Positions 1 to 10,153 of a DNA stretch of 64,000 nt are shown here, in pieces. This stretch comes from Candidatus Nomurabacteria bacterium (GTDB lineage: Bacteria > Patescibacteriota > Minisyncoccia > Phycocordibacterales > UBA9973). The stretch spans positions 686 to 64,685 of the forward strand of contig JAPLXS010000004.1 in NCBI GenBank assembly GCA_026395965.1, read 5' to 3'. Position 1 is the first letter of the stretch. The number at the start of each line of letters is the position of its first letter. The position numbers were made by a program, and so were the translations under genes. Below the pieces are notes generated by a model. The model was given only the letters and a program-made list of their open reading frames with translations, was not told the origin of the DNA and did not search any database.

Positions 1-23
1 TACTGGGTTGGCTTGCGTGTTTA

Positions 24-82
24 ATTCGAAAGACTTTTCATTATCAGCTATGCTGATTGAAAAGTACCTGGCTATGTAATAG
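24..82 (-). repeat. Dispersed hairpin element, copy 1 (copy 2 at 21191-21250)
   Basis: Reverse complement reads ATTACATAGCCAGGTACTTTTCA-ATCAGCATAGCTGAT-AATGAAAAGTCTTTCGAAT and matches 21194-21250. Confidence 0.8.
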
Positions 83-235
83 ACGAAAAGTGTATTCATG
101 GTCTCTTCTCTGTATTGTATTTCTTTATATAAATTTATTTATAGGACTCGTAATTTCACTCATATTATCACCTTGACAATTTAACCATAAAATGTATAAT
201 AAACAAAAATAAGTAAATTTTAAAAACAAAAAATA

Positions 236-631
236 ATGGAAGATTTGAAAGAATTTGTTAAATTTTCTCAAGATGAACTTGATGTGTTCGAAGTGAAAAT
301 TTTAGAAAAAATGGCCATAAATAAAGCGTCAATAATTGACATTAAAAGTTCATTGGTAAACCACAATGGTACAAATGATACTTATAGTAGTTTTATTGCG
401 GACGAAGAAGGTCATTTAAATGGTTTAAGAATTGAAAAAGAGTTATCTTTATCTCGTGCTGAAAAATATCAAGGAGAATTAAAAGCTGCTTTAGCTCGAA
501 TTTACACAGGACTTTATGGCATATGTCGTATTACTGGTGCTCGTATTCCCAAAGAGAGACTTTTTGCAAATTTGATCGCAACCACATGTATACATGCAAA
601 AAATGCAGAAAAATTAGAAAACAACAAATAG
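236..631 (+). CDS. TraR/DksA family transcription factor with degenerate Zn finger
   Basis: Coiled coil followed by ALARI..G.YGICRITGARIPKERL...ATTCI. Confidence 0.75.
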   Translation: MEDLKEFVKFSQDELDVFEVKILEKMAINKASIIDIKSSLVNHNGTNDTYSSFIADEEGHLNGLRIEKELSLSRAEKYQGELKAALARIYTGLYGICRITGARIPKERLFANLIATTCIHAKNAEKLENNK

Positions 632-650
632 TTTATAATCAATAAAAACA

Positions 651-676
651 AGCCGCTTCACCCGAAGCGGTTTTTA
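651..676 (+). terminator. Intrinsic terminator
   Basis: AGCCGCTTC-ACCC-GAAGCGGTT followed by a T tract. Confidence 0.75.
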
Positions 677-712
677 TTTTTAGATTATTGTTTCCATGCT
701 ATAATAGTAGCA

Positions 713-847
713 ATGAGATTAAACAGCATGTCTTACTGGGCAATAGTTTTTATTTTAGTTTTGTTGGTTGTAGTAACTTACGTATTTTTTTATAGAATAC
801 TAGAGGCGTACCAAACAAGTATTATTATAGATATGCAATCAGTATAA
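713..847 (+). CDS. Small single-pass membrane protein, 44 aa (not in ORF track)
   Basis: MRLNSMSYWAIVFILVLLVVVTYVFFYRILEAYQTSIIIDMQSV; TGCTATAAT 7 nt upstream. Confidence 0.55.
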   Translation: MRLNSMSYWAIVFILVLLVVVTYVFFYRILEAYQTSIIIDMQSV

Positions 848-853
848 AATAAA

Positions 854-1390
854 ATGATCAAATTAACACTTAGTCAAAGAATCAAAAAGAATATCTGGAA
901 ACGCCTTTATTTTGTATTTCCATGGGCACAATCACATTTTTTGAAATGGCATTTAGCTTGGCATGAAAAGGGACGACAGCCATACCACATAGGGTGGCTT
1001 GCTCCAGGAAAAACATTGGAGGAATTAGAAAAACATCTTCATACTGAATGGGGTTTTGGAAATCACTTTGTAGCATGGAAAGACAATGGTCAAGTTTTGT
1101 CTTGGCGCAAACTCGAAAATTTTGATAATCAGTACCATATTCGTGTATTTAAAGATGGAGAGATAAGAGGGCATCATGAATACACTCCCGAAAGTAGACC
1201 TTTTGATCATTTTGGAGAAATAAACGAAGAGTCTCGCACAGAAGAATTTAGAAAATTTTTAGGACATTATATGGTTCTTAAAAAACATATCTCACACCTT
1301 AGACCAGATGTAAACATTGCCCCGGATTCAGAAATAACTGTTGACGACAAAAACTTTTCAAAAAACGGAAGAATTAAAAAAGCTGATTAA
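854..1390 (+). CDS. Hypothetical protein
   Basis: 178-aa ORF rich in W/H, followed by a terminator-like hairpin at about 1402-1433. Confidence 0.6.
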   Translation: MIKLTLSQRIKKNIWKRLYFVFPWAQSHFLKWHLAWHEKGRQPYHIGWLAPGKTLEELEKHLHTEWGFGNHFVAWKDNGQVLSWRKLENFDNQYHIRVFKDGEIRGHHEYTPESRPFDHFGEINEESRTEEFRKFLGHYMVLKKHISHLRPDVNIAPDSEITVDDKNFSKNGRIKKAD

Positions 1391-1468
1391 ATATATAAGT
1401 TAAAAACCTCATAAAATTTTATGAGGTTTTTTAATATGTGATTATTTTAATATTTATCAAATACAATT

Positions 1469-2662
1469 TTATTTTTTTGATTCTGGATATACAATATCCC
1501 AAAGAGAGCTTGCTATGTTGTGGGGTTTTCCTACGAGAGGGAAGTGATGAAGGTCTATAAATGGAGCACTGTTGCATTCTATCACTCCACATCTTGGTTG
1601 GTCACGCCATGAGATAGATACATCGTCCATTATAAAATCTACTCCTATAAGTGGGTCATCTAAAACCTTTGCTACTTTTTCGAGCATTTCTATATTGTCT
1701 TTGTGTACGATTTCAGTCATGTCTGTTATACCACCGCCTACTGCACGACTTGTTTTTTGACCAAGAGTTATTATTTGGTCCTTTTTTGGAATTGTATTTT
1801 CATCATGATTCCAGTGTTTTAATTCTTTTATAGCTTCTTCGTCGAGTTTTAATTGATGAAATATTGGACCAGAACGCAATGGATTTTTGTTTTCAATTTC
1901 AATAAGTTCTTTTATATTATGTATTCCATCTCCTATCACATAAGCTGGTTCACGACGAAGCACAGCTACTAGCTTGCCACCGATAAGTGTTCCTCTGAAA
2001 ACATATCCAGAAAGCTCTTCTTCTATCATCACCCAAGGTGAAAGCTGGCGAGCTATCTTGAATGCAGTCAAAAATTCTTTTTCTTCACTGAGGTGAGTTG
2101 TAGTATGACGACTTCGTGATCCTAGATTTGGTTTTGTGATAACAGGCTTACTAAGAGAATTAAAAATTTTCAAAGCATTTTTTGTAGAATGAGTTACACC
2201 ACCTTCAGCCATTTTTATACCAGCTTTTTTAAAATGCTTTTTCATTTCTCCTTTATTGTCCATCCATTCTAGTCCTTTTGGGTTGTATATCTTAGGACGG
2301 GGAAGAACATCAAAGAACCTCTTGTCTCCTTTATAGTTAGATACAAATATATCGTGACCAACATTAAAAAGACGAAATTCATACATGTTGATTCCTCTGC
2401 TTATGGCTTCGTTCCACAATACTTGTGTCCTACCACTATCATCATTTTTTGGTTCATAGGATATTTTTCCAAGTCTCAGAAAAGTTAAAGACTTTGTAAG
2501 TCCAGTACCCATCCAATCAAAAGATGTTTCGGGTATTAATTTACTCATCCAGTTTGTCCATGGGTCAATGAGTGTTCCAAGTAATACTGAAGTATAAGCT
2601 ACGATATGATTTGTTTGACTTCCTCCACAATTTACACAATAATTTTTATTTTTATTAGACAT
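1469..2662 (-). CDS. ATP-grasp ligase, cyanophycin synthetase-like N-terminal module
   Basis: PVITKP, RREPAYVIGDG.H.I.ELI..EN, GVDFI and VIECNSAP motifs. Confidence 0.75.
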   Translation of the reverse strand: MSNKNKNYCVNCGGSQTNHIVAYTSVLLGTLIDPWTNWMSKLIPETSFDWMGTGLTKSLTFLRLGKISYEPKNDDSGRTQVLWNEAISRGINMYEFRLFNVGHDIFVSNYKGDKRFFDVLPRPKIYNPKGLEWMDNKGEMKKHFKKAGIKMAEGGVTHSTKNALKIFNSLSKPVITKPNLGSRSRHTTTHLSEEKEFLTAFKIARQLSPWVMIEEELSGYVFRGTLIGGKLVAVLRREPAYVIGDGIHNIKELIEIENKNPLRSGPIFHQLKLDEEAIKELKHWNHDENTIPKKDQIITLGQKTSRAVGGGITDMTEIVHKDNIEMLEKVAKVLDDPLIGVDFIMDDVSISWRDQPRCGVIECNSAPFIDLHHFPLVGKPHNIASSLWDIVYPESKK

Positions 2663-2718
2663 TACTCACAATAATAACATATTTATATTTTATTCAAAAA
2701 ATTTAAATGCACTTTATT

Positions 2719-2838
2719 TAAAAATAACTAAAATAGCTCTTTTCGAAATGCATTGCGGAACGCGTCGGCGTGAGCATAACAAATTTTCAGTAGAAAATTA
2801 TGTGCGGATTTTGAAAAGAGTTATTTTAGTTATTTTTA
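2719..2838. repeat. 120-bp element with 31-bp terminal inverted repeats and internal hairpins
   Basis: TAAAAATAACTAAAATAGCTCTTTTCGAAAT ... ATTTTGAAAAGAGTTATTTTAGTTATTTTTA. Confidence 0.8.
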
Positions 2839-2851
2839 TTTATACATACTA

Positions 2852-3523
2852 TTAGTGCGCAACAGCAAAACCATAAACTTTTTTAGCTCCTGCTTTTTTT
2901 AAAACCTTCATTATCTCTAGCATTGTCCCTCCTGTTGTTGTTACGTCATCTATCACAATGATTGTTCTGCCTTTTACTATTTCTTTATTTTTAATTTCAA
3001 AAACACCCCGAACATTTTCTAATCTCTTTTTTCTATTTGTAATTTTTGCTTGAGGAATAGTATCTAATTTTTTAATAACTATTTTATTTTGAATCTCAAA
3101 TACTTTATTTTCACATGAATCACAAAAACTTTTAGACAATACAAGAGCTTGGTTGTATCCTCGGGTTTTTGTTTTACCTATTGAGATAGGGGTGGGTACA
3201 ACGTATATAGACCTACCAGGTACACTCATTTTTATATCTGAAATATCTTCTATTAAATATTCGTACAATAGTTGTCCTAGTTTTTCACCTATATATCGTT
3301 TGTGGTGGTATTTCAATTCCCATATAGCTTTTTTTATTATAGGATCTTGATAATTAAATACTGCAGATATGCCACCTTCTATCTCTCTTTCATTTAGGCT
3401 TATTTTTCTAATACAATCGTTACATAGGATCTGGTTTTTTATATTACACCCAATGCATTTTGTGGGGAATATTGTATCTAATATAAAATCTTTAATTTTG
3501 TTAACATATTTGTGTATTTCCAT
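2852..3523 (-). CDS. comF: ComF family phosphoribosyltransferase-like competence protein
   Basis: N-terminal CxxC..CxxC, RGYNQA, and IVIDDVTTTGGT PRPP loop. Confidence 0.9.
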   Translation of the reverse strand: MEIHKYVNKIKDFILDTIFPTKCIGCNIKNQILCNDCIRKISLNEREIEGGISAVFNYQDPIIKKAIWELKYHHKRYIGEKLGQLLYEYLIEDISDIKMSVPGRSIYVVPTPISIGKTKTRGYNQALVLSKSFCDSCENKVFEIQNKIVIKKLDTIPQAKITNRKKRLENVRGVFEIKNKEIVKGRTIIVIDDVTTTGGTMLEIMKVLKKAGAKKVYGFAVAH

Positions 3524-3568
3524 TTTCTTATTTTACAATAGATATGTTACAATAGATATTGATTAAAC

Positions 3569-4702
3569 ATGGATAATTCATTAAAAAAAATATTTTCTGA
3601 AGGACTCACTAGTATAACAAATGCTTTTGCTTCCAATAAATCTAAAGACCAAGCACTTGGTATTGATATTGGTACTTCTTCTATAAAAGTTGTTCAGTTA
3701 AAAAAGAAAGGTGGTAAGGCTATACTTGAAACGTATGGTGTTATTTCATTGGGTCCATACGGTAAAGTCGACATTGGTTCAGTGACAAATCTACAAACAG
3801 AAGAGATATCACGAGCACTTCTTGATGTAATAAAAGAATCAAATGTAACTACAAATTCAGCGGTAATAGCAATACCTTCATTATCAAGTTTGATATTCAC
3901 ACTATCTTTGCCTGGCACAATATCAGAAGGTCAGTTATCAAAGATTGTTCCTATTGAAGCTCGTAAATATATTCCAGTTCCTATTTCAGAAGTTGCTCTT
4001 GATTGGTTTATTATTCCCAAAGAAGCAGAGTTCGAAACTGATACAGATGCTCGAAAAGTTGTTGATGACAAAATAGAAGTCTTGGTTGTTGCTATTCACA
4101 ATGACACATTGTCAAAATATCAAGAAGTATTGAAAAAAACAGATTTACATTCAGAATCTTTTGAAATGGAAATTTTTAGTAATATACGTTCATGTTTCAA
4201 CCGTGACCTAGCTCCAGTATTGCTGATTGATTTTGGAGCTTCTAAAACAAAAGCTTCTATCGTAGAAGCGGGGATCGTGCGTGTGTTCCACGTTGTTAAC
4301 AGAGGTTCACAAGATATAACTAAAAATATATCACAGTCCATGAGCATTCCTTTTGAAGAAGCAGAAAAATTAAAAAGATCAGTCGGACTAGATGCAAGCA
4401 TTGACCCAAGAGTAGAAAATATTACACGCTTATCTGTAGATTATATCTTTTCAGACATAAACAGTGTTGTACTTGCATTTGAAAAGAAGTATAATAAAAA
4501 TATTAGTAAAGTTATTTTAGTTGGAGGTGGTTCGTTGCTTCGAGGTTTACTCGAAAATGCAAAAGAAAATTTTAAGACTGAAGTTATCTACGGTAGCCCT
4601 TTTTCGAAAACAGAAGCACCTGCTTTCCTCGCACCGATATTGGAAATTAGTGGACCAGAGTTTGCGGTAGCAGTAGGTCTCGCACTACGTCAATTATCAT
4701 AA
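3569..4702 (+). CDS. pilM: Type IV pilus assembly protein PilM
   Basis: LGIDIGTSSIKVV, IDFGASKT, ILVGGGS and AVAVGLALR actin-like motifs. Confidence 0.92.
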   Translation: MDNSLKKIFSEGLTSITNAFASNKSKDQALGIDIGTSSIKVVQLKKKGGKAILETYGVISLGPYGKVDIGSVTNLQTEEISRALLDVIKESNVTTNSAVIAIPSLSSLIFTLSLPGTISEGQLSKIVPIEARKYIPVPISEVALDWFIIPKEAEFETDTDARKVVDDKIEVLVVAIHNDTLSKYQEVLKKTDLHSESFEMEIFSNIRSCFNRDLAPVLLIDFGASKTKASIVEAGIVRVFHVVNRGSQDITKNISQSMSIPFEEAEKLKRSVGLDASIDPRVENITRLSVDYIFSDINSVVLAFEKKYNKNISKVILVGGGSLLRGLLENAKENFKTEVIYGSPFSKTEAPAFLAPILEISGPEFAVAVGLALRQLS

Positions 4703-4712
4703 AATTATAATT

Positions 4713-5456
4713 ATGGAAAATTCATTTCAAACATCTTTTATACCAAAGAAGCCAATAACTTCTTCTGTGTCTAGTAGGGAGCCTACAAGTCTCTTTTCTA
4801 TAATAGCTACTTTTTTGTTGATTCTTTCAATAATCGCACCTATTGGACTATTTTTTTACAAATCTTACTTAACTAAACAAAAAGAGTCACTTTCAGCATC
4901 TCTTCTGATTGCTCGTAATAGTTTTGAAAAAGATACTATAGATGAGCTTGGTTCATTTGATAAAAGAATAGGTATAGCAAAACAGCTTTTAAATAGTCAT
5001 ATTATTTTGTCACCAATGTTTAGCCTTTTGGGGGATTTAACAATTCCATCTGTTCAATATACAAATTTTAGTCAACAAAGTACTGACAAAGGATTTACCG
5101 TAACAGTAGATGGTATCGCTAGTGATTATAAATCAATAGTTAATCAGTCTGAAGCGTTTGGTAGTGCAAAAGGTAGCACATTTAAAAATGTACTATTTTC
5201 CAATTTAACAAAAGACAAAAACAATAATGTTAGTTTCAACCTAAAGTTTGATGTTGCTCCTAGCCTTTTGTCTTATAAAAACAACAGTGCATACAATGCC
5301 CAAGCAGGCTCAACAAATAATCCTGTAAATACAACAGTAAATACAGCAACACCTCAATCAAATACTCCTGCTAGTCCTGCTGTTGGTACTCCAAATCCTC
5401 AACTAAACACAACCGTTAATCTATCATTACCAAACTTAAATAACCCAAAACAATAA
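4713..5456 (+). CDS. pilN: PilN-like protein
   Basis: Single TM helix, directly after pilM, low-complexity C-terminal tail. Confidence 0.65.
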   Translation: MENSFQTSFIPKKPITSSVSSREPTSLFSIIATFLLILSIIAPIGLFFYKSYLTKQKESLSASLLIARNSFEKDTIDELGSFDKRIGIAKQLLNSHIILSPMFSLLGDLTIPSVQYTNFSQQSTDKGFTVTVDGIASDYKSIVNQSEAFGSAKGSTFKNVLFSNLTKDKNNNVSFNLKFDVAPSLLSYKNNSAYNAQAGSTNNPVNTTVNTATPQSNTPASPAVGTPNPQLNTTVNLSLPNLNNPKQ

Positions 5457-5460
5457 TTTT

Positions 5461-6084
5461 ATGAAATTAATTGTATCAATTTCATTCATAGTTATATCAA
5501 TCGCATCATTTTTCATCTTTACAGATCCTCTTTATGCCGATATTCAAAAATTAAACACAGAAGTTGCTACTTATAATACAGCTTTAGATAACTCCATGGA
5601 GTTACAAAAAACAAGAGATAATCTAATTGAAGTATATAAAAATGTAAAAAAGGAGGACAAAGACAACCTGGATCATTTGTTACCAAGTACTATCGGCAAT
5701 ATTGAATTAATTCTTGAAATAGAAAAGATTGCAAACCTATATGGTATGCCGATCAAAAATATTAAATTTGATACAAAAGGCCTAGAAGCAGGAATCGTAA
5801 ACAAAGATAATGTTGTTGTAGCTACAAAAGACCCAGCTGACTTGTTGCCATATGGAGTTTTCCCTATGGAATTTGTCATTGACGGAAAGTACGATACTTT
5901 TGTTTCATTCTTAAAAGATATTGAGCACAATTTACGTTTAGTAGATATTAAATCCATTTCTTTCACTGTTCCTCAGCAGACTACAGGTGCAGTTGCTGCA
6001 CAAGCAGGTGGAGCAGCAGGAAATACAACCAATCCAAATATTTATAGTTTTTCATTAAAAATTGAAACTTATTGGCTAAAATAA
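5461..6084 (+). CDS. pilO: PilO-like protein
   Basis: TM + coiled coil, LLP motif, G.Y..F..FL..IE...RL.DI motif. Confidence 0.8.
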   Translation: MKLIVSISFIVISIASFFIFTDPLYADIQKLNTEVATYNTALDNSMELQKTRDNLIEVYKNVKKEDKDNLDHLLPSTIGNIELILEIEKIANLYGMPIKNIKFDTKGLEAGIVNKDNVVVATKDPADLLPYGVFPMEFVIDGKYDTFVSFLKDIEHNLRLVDIKSISFTVPQQTTGAVAAQAGGAAGNTTNPNIYSFSLKIETYWLK

Positions 6085-6085
6085 T

Positions 6086-6742
6086 ATGAAAAAAAGACAT
6101 AACAAATTCTTAATAATATCAACAATCATCCTTGTGTCTGGTGGAGTTTATTTATATTCTTCGGGGAATTCAAGCAAAGATAGTATTGTTCCAGTTGCTT
6201 TTGGTGCTTCTCTAGTTTCATCTACAGGTGCAGGATCTCCAGATGTTAACCCAGCATTGGCAGGTGATACAGGTTCCGATATAGCATTTCTTAATACACT
6301 TGTTTCTCTGAAAAAGATAAAACTGGGTGTTGATTTATTTTCAACAGATTCTTTTAAGTCTCTCAAAAATAATTCTGTAAAAATAGAATCAGTTAAACCA
6401 GGAAGAATGAATCCCTTTGCTCCAATATCAGCAGCTGAAGTTGTAGTTGTAGGTACTACGCCAATGGTTGCGACTGATCAGCCTACAGATATTACAGACA
6501 AAACTGTTGTATTAAATGGAACTGTAAATGCTACTACAGCAGTGACCGATACTTATTTTGAATATAGTTCAAGTTTGCTACCAGCAACAACCATCGTAGC
6601 TATATCAAAGTTGTCACTTGTGGGTACTTTTGTTAAAACTATTGTAGGGTTAACTCCAAAAACAACCTACTCTTTTAAAGCTTGTGCAAAAATTAATAAC
6701 ATAGCAAATTGTGGAGAAGTAGTCTCATTCACTACAAAATAA
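6086..6742 (+). CDS. Membrane-anchored pilus accessory protein (PilP position) with Fn3-like C terminus
   Basis: N-terminal TM, GRMNPFAP, C-terminal GLTPKTTYSFKACA. Confidence 0.6.
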   Translation: MKKRHNKFLIISTIILVSGGVYLYSSGNSSKDSIVPVAFGASLVSSTGAGSPDVNPALAGDTGSDIAFLNTLVSLKKIKLGVDLFSTDSFKSLKNNSVKIESVKPGRMNPFAPISAAEVVVVGTTPMVATDQPTDITDKTVVLNGTVNATTAVTDTYFEYSSSLLPATTIVAISKLSLVGTFVKTIVGLTPKTTYSFKACAKINNIANCGEVVSFTTK

Positions 6743-6746
6743 ATCA

Positions 6747-8486
6747 ATGGTACTTATAGAAGAACTTATAAAACGTGGTCTTCTTAAAGAGAGTGATGTT
6801 GCAAATTTAGAAAAAATTGCCAATGAAAAATATAATGGCAATATAAATGAAGCACTACTCGACTTTAATCTAGATGAAGAAAAAATACTCGAAATAAAAG
6901 GAGAGATTTTTAATATTCCTATCAAGAGTGTTGACCCTAAAAGTGTGCCAGTTTCAGTTCTTCAGCTCGTACCAGTAGGTGCTGCCAAGATATATCATTT
7001 TGCTCCGATAAATCTAACTGATAGTTTTTTGGAAATTGGAATAGTTGATCCAGACAATATTCAAGCAGTTGATGCCCTTACTTTCATTACAGCTAAATTA
7101 AATAAACCATTTAAGTTGTATTTGATTACAACATCTGTTTACAATAAGTTGATGGAAAGATATGAGGGCGATAGTACTATAGGGGTAGATCAAGCTCTAA
7201 ATGAACTCGATAGTGAGATAGCAGGAGCCCTAGATGGAGGTGTCTCTATAGAATCATCTGCAAAAACATCAGACACTCTCAAACCAGGTGAAGAAGAAAA
7301 AATAGTTGAAGATGCACCTATTATTAAAATAGTTGCAGTTATATTGCGTAGTGCAACAGAAGGACTTGCTTCCGATATTCATATTGAAAATACAGGGGAC
7401 AAGGTGAAGGTTCGTTTCCGTGTTGATGGAGTTTTGCATACATCACTTTACCTACCTATCAATGTATACAACGGAGTTATAGCTCGCATAAAGATTCTTT
7501 CAAAACTTAGACTAGATGAAAAACGTAAGCCACAAGACGGAGGATTTTCTGCAAAGATAGACAATCGTAAAATCGATTTTCGTGTTTCTACTATGCCATC
7601 ATATTTTGGAGAAAAGATAGTTATGCGTATTTTGGATTCACAAAAAGGTATACAAAAGATTGATGATATTGGTCTTTCTGTTGAAAATGTAGCTTTGATT
7701 CGTGAAGCATTAAAACGCCCCTATGGTCTTATATTACTTACTGGTCCTACTGGTTCCGGTAAGACAACTTCTCTGTATTCTATGTTAAGTGAATTAAATA
7801 ATGAAGATAAAAATATTGTTTCACTAGAAGATCCAGTTGAATACAAGATAGATGGAGTAAATCAGTCTCAGGTTATGCCAGAGATAGGATACACTTTTGC
7901 TTCTGGTCTACGTTCTATACTTCGCCAAGACCCCAATGTTATATTGGTGGGAGAAATCCGCGATAAAGAAACAGCCGAACTAGCTATTCAAGCTGCTCTT
8001 ACTGGTCACTTGGTTTTATCTACTTTACACACAAACAATTCTATTGGTGCTATTCCTCGTTTGATAGACATGGGAATAGATCCATATCTTATTGCGCCTA
8101 CTCTTATTCTTTGCATTGCACAGCGTTTGGCTCGTAAAATTCATCCAAGTTCAAAACATGCTATTCCTATAGACGATGCAACAAAACTAATGTTTGAAAA
8201 ACAGTTTGCAGATTTGCCTGTTGAATATAAATCCAAAATTAATTTAGGTGATACTATATATGAAGCTGTGCCTTCAAATGAAAGTTCTTCTGGTATGAGT
8301 GGACGTATAGCTTTGTTTGAAATGTTTAAAATAGACAAAGAGATGCAAGATATCATCTTAAAGAACCCAGAAGAACTTATTATTTATAATTATGCTCGTT
8401 CAAAAGGAATGCTTACACTCAAAGAAGATGCAATTTTGAAAAGTATAAATGGTGATATTCCAATACAAGAAGCTTTTGCTGTTTAA
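6747..8486 (+). CDS. pilB: Type IV pilus assembly ATPase PilB/GspE
   Basis: ASDIHIE, GPTGSGKTT, LRQDPNVILVGEIRD and TGHLVLSTLH. Confidence 0.93.
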   Translation: MVLIEELIKRGLLKESDVANLEKIANEKYNGNINEALLDFNLDEEKILEIKGEIFNIPIKSVDPKSVPVSVLQLVPVGAAKIYHFAPINLTDSFLEIGIVDPDNIQAVDALTFITAKLNKPFKLYLITTSVYNKLMERYEGDSTIGVDQALNELDSEIAGALDGGVSIESSAKTSDTLKPGEEEKIVEDAPIIKIVAVILRSATEGLASDIHIENTGDKVKVRFRVDGVLHTSLYLPINVYNGVIARIKILSKLRLDEKRKPQDGGFSAKIDNRKIDFRVSTMPSYFGEKIVMRILDSQKGIQKIDDIGLSVENVALIREALKRPYGLILLTGPTGSGKTTSLYSMLSELNNEDKNIVSLEDPVEYKIDGVNQSQVMPEIGYTFASGLRSILRQDPNVILVGEIRDKETAELAIQAALTGHLVLSTLHTNNSIGAIPRLIDMGIDPYLIAPTLILCIAQRLARKIHPSSKHAIPIDDATKLMFEKQFADLPVEYKSKINLGDTIYEAVPSNESSSGMSGRIALFEMFKIDKEMQDIILKNPEELIIYNYARSKGMLTLKEDAILKSINGDIPIQEAFAV

Positions 8487-8505
8487 TAGAAATTCATATA
8501 CCCAT

Positions 8506-8689
8506 CACTTATTGTTATATCGAATACGATAGAACAACGGCACTCGGACAGCAAGCAAATGAATCGCTATTAATTTGCTTATGCTCCTCGTTTGTTGTTA
8601 TATGGGGTGCCATAGAACAAAAGCGTTCGGACATTATGCAAATTAAAGATTACTTTATTTGCATATGCTCCTCACTTGTTGTTATAATA
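8506..8689. repeat. Tandem double-hairpin repeat, unit about 83 bp (2 units plus a partial)
   Basis: Two homologous units, each with two hairpins showing compensatory changes; 8573-8689 recurs at 12134-12250. Confidence 0.85.
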
Positions 8690-8694
8690 AATAT

Positions 8695-9087
8695 ATGGAA
8701 ACAGAACTCAAGAATATTTTAATTGTAGACGATGATAGTTTTCTTCTTGATATGTATGCATTAAAATTTATTAAATCCAATTTTAATGTTACCTCAGCTC
8801 TTGGGTCAGAGTTAGCCCTAGAAAAACTCAGAGGGGGACTCGTACCTGAGATTATTATTCTAGATATTATGATGCCAGTAATAGATGGGTTTGAGTTATT
8901 GGAAAAAATAAAAAGAGAAAATTTAGCCCCAAATGCAATAGTTATATTTCTCTCAAACAGAGGTCAGCCATCTGATGTAACTCGCGCAGAAGCAGCTGGT
9001 GCCTCGGGTTATATCATAAAAGCTTCATGTATACCTAGTGAAGTTGTAGAAAAAGTTGTTAAAATAATTAATAATACAAAGAAATAA
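8695..9087 (+). CDS. Single-domain response regulator (receiver)
   Basis: ILIVDDD, ILDIMMP and IIKA; start moved to ATG 8695 after TGTTATAAT. Confidence 0.88.
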   Translation: METELKNILIVDDDSFLLDMYALKFIKSNFNVTSALGSELALEKLRGGLVPEIIILDIMMPVIDGFELLEKIKRENLAPNAIVIFLSNRGQPSDVTRAEAAGASGYIIKASCIPSEVVEKVVKIINNTKK

Positions 9088-9088
9088 T

Positions 9089-10150
9089 ATGGATTACAAA
9101 AATTTTGTTCATGTCTTGATAGAAAATCTAATAAACCAAGATGGGTCAGACTTACATCTAGGAGTAGGTCGCAAACCAGCTATAAGAATAAATGGACAGC
9201 TTGTTTTTCTTGTAAATAATCCTGCTTCAACAGAGGCTGATATGATGGGAGTTTTGGATGTGCTTATAGGACAAGATAGAGTTAAAAAATTTATAGATAC
9301 AAAAAATTCAGACTTCTCTGGTAATCTAAATGATGGCAAAGTTCAAATTCGTGGAAACGCATATTATCAGCGTGGCATGGTTTGTATTGCTATACGTTTA
9401 GTTCCAAAACCAAAAACATTTGAAACTTTAAATCTACCACCAATACTTCGCGATTTTTCTAGAAAAAAACAAGGATTTTTTCTTGTAGTAGGTCCAGTGG
9501 GACAAGGTAAGTCTACAACTCTATCTACTATGATCAATATGATAAATTCTGAAACATCATCTCACATAATGACTGTTGAAGATCCGATAGAATTTATATA
9601 TCAACCAGATAAGTCTATAGTAGATCAAAGAGAAGTGGGGGTAGATACTCCAGATTTTGTGGGAGCATTGAAAGCATTACTTCGTGAAGATGCAAATGTT
9701 CTTCTTATTGGAGAAATGCGTGACCCAGATACAATATCAGCGGCAGTTACAGCAGCTGAAACTGGGCATTTGGTATTTTCAACTTTACATACAAACAATG
9801 CTTCTCAAACCATAGACCGTATTATAGATTCATTTTCACCAGCACAGCAGGGACAGATTCGCTTGCAGTTGGCATCTAGTTTGCTTGGTATATTTTCACA
9901 GCGTTTGATTCCTCGTATTGCTGGTGGACGTATTCCAGCATATGAACTTCTCATAAACAACAAAGCTGTTGCAAACCTTATCAGAGAAAAGAGAACACAT
10001 GAGATAGATACAGTCATAGAGACTTCTTCACAAGAGGGTATGATAGATATGAACAGATGTCTTATCGACTTAGTACAAAGAGGAGAGATAAGTTTAGAAG
10101 TAGCTTATGAGTATTCAATTAATCCTAAGGCTCTAGAGCAAATGTTTTAA
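9089..10150 (+). CDS. pilT: Pilus retraction ATPase PilT
   Basis: SDLHL, GPVGQGKSTT, AAETGHLVFSTLH and AVANLIRE. Confidence 0.92.
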   Translation: MDYKNFVHVLIENLINQDGSDLHLGVGRKPAIRINGQLVFLVNNPASTEADMMGVLDVLIGQDRVKKFIDTKNSDFSGNLNDGKVQIRGNAYYQRGMVCIAIRLVPKPKTFETLNLPPILRDFSRKKQGFFLVVGPVGQGKSTTLSTMINMINSETSSHIMTVEDPIEFIYQPDKSIVDQREVGVDTPDFVGALKALLREDANVLLIGEMRDPDTISAAVTAAETGHLVFSTLHTNNASQTIDRIIDSFSPAQQGQIRLQLASSLLGIFSQRLIPRIAGGRIPAYELLINNKAVANLIREKRTHEIDTVIETSSQEGMIDMNRCLIDLVQRGEISLEVAYEYSINPKALEQMF

Positions 10151-10153
10151 TAT

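Noticed and set aside
1469-2662. Full cyanophycin synthetase cphA
   Set aside because: Only the ATP-grasp half is present (397 aa); no Mur-ligase domain and no cyanophycinase nearby
8506-8689. Possible CRISPR mini-array (recurring TTTGCWTATGCTCCTCRYTTGTTGTTATA)
   Set aside because: The intervening sequences are homologous to each other rather than unique spacers, and there are no cas genes; treated as a structured tandem repeat
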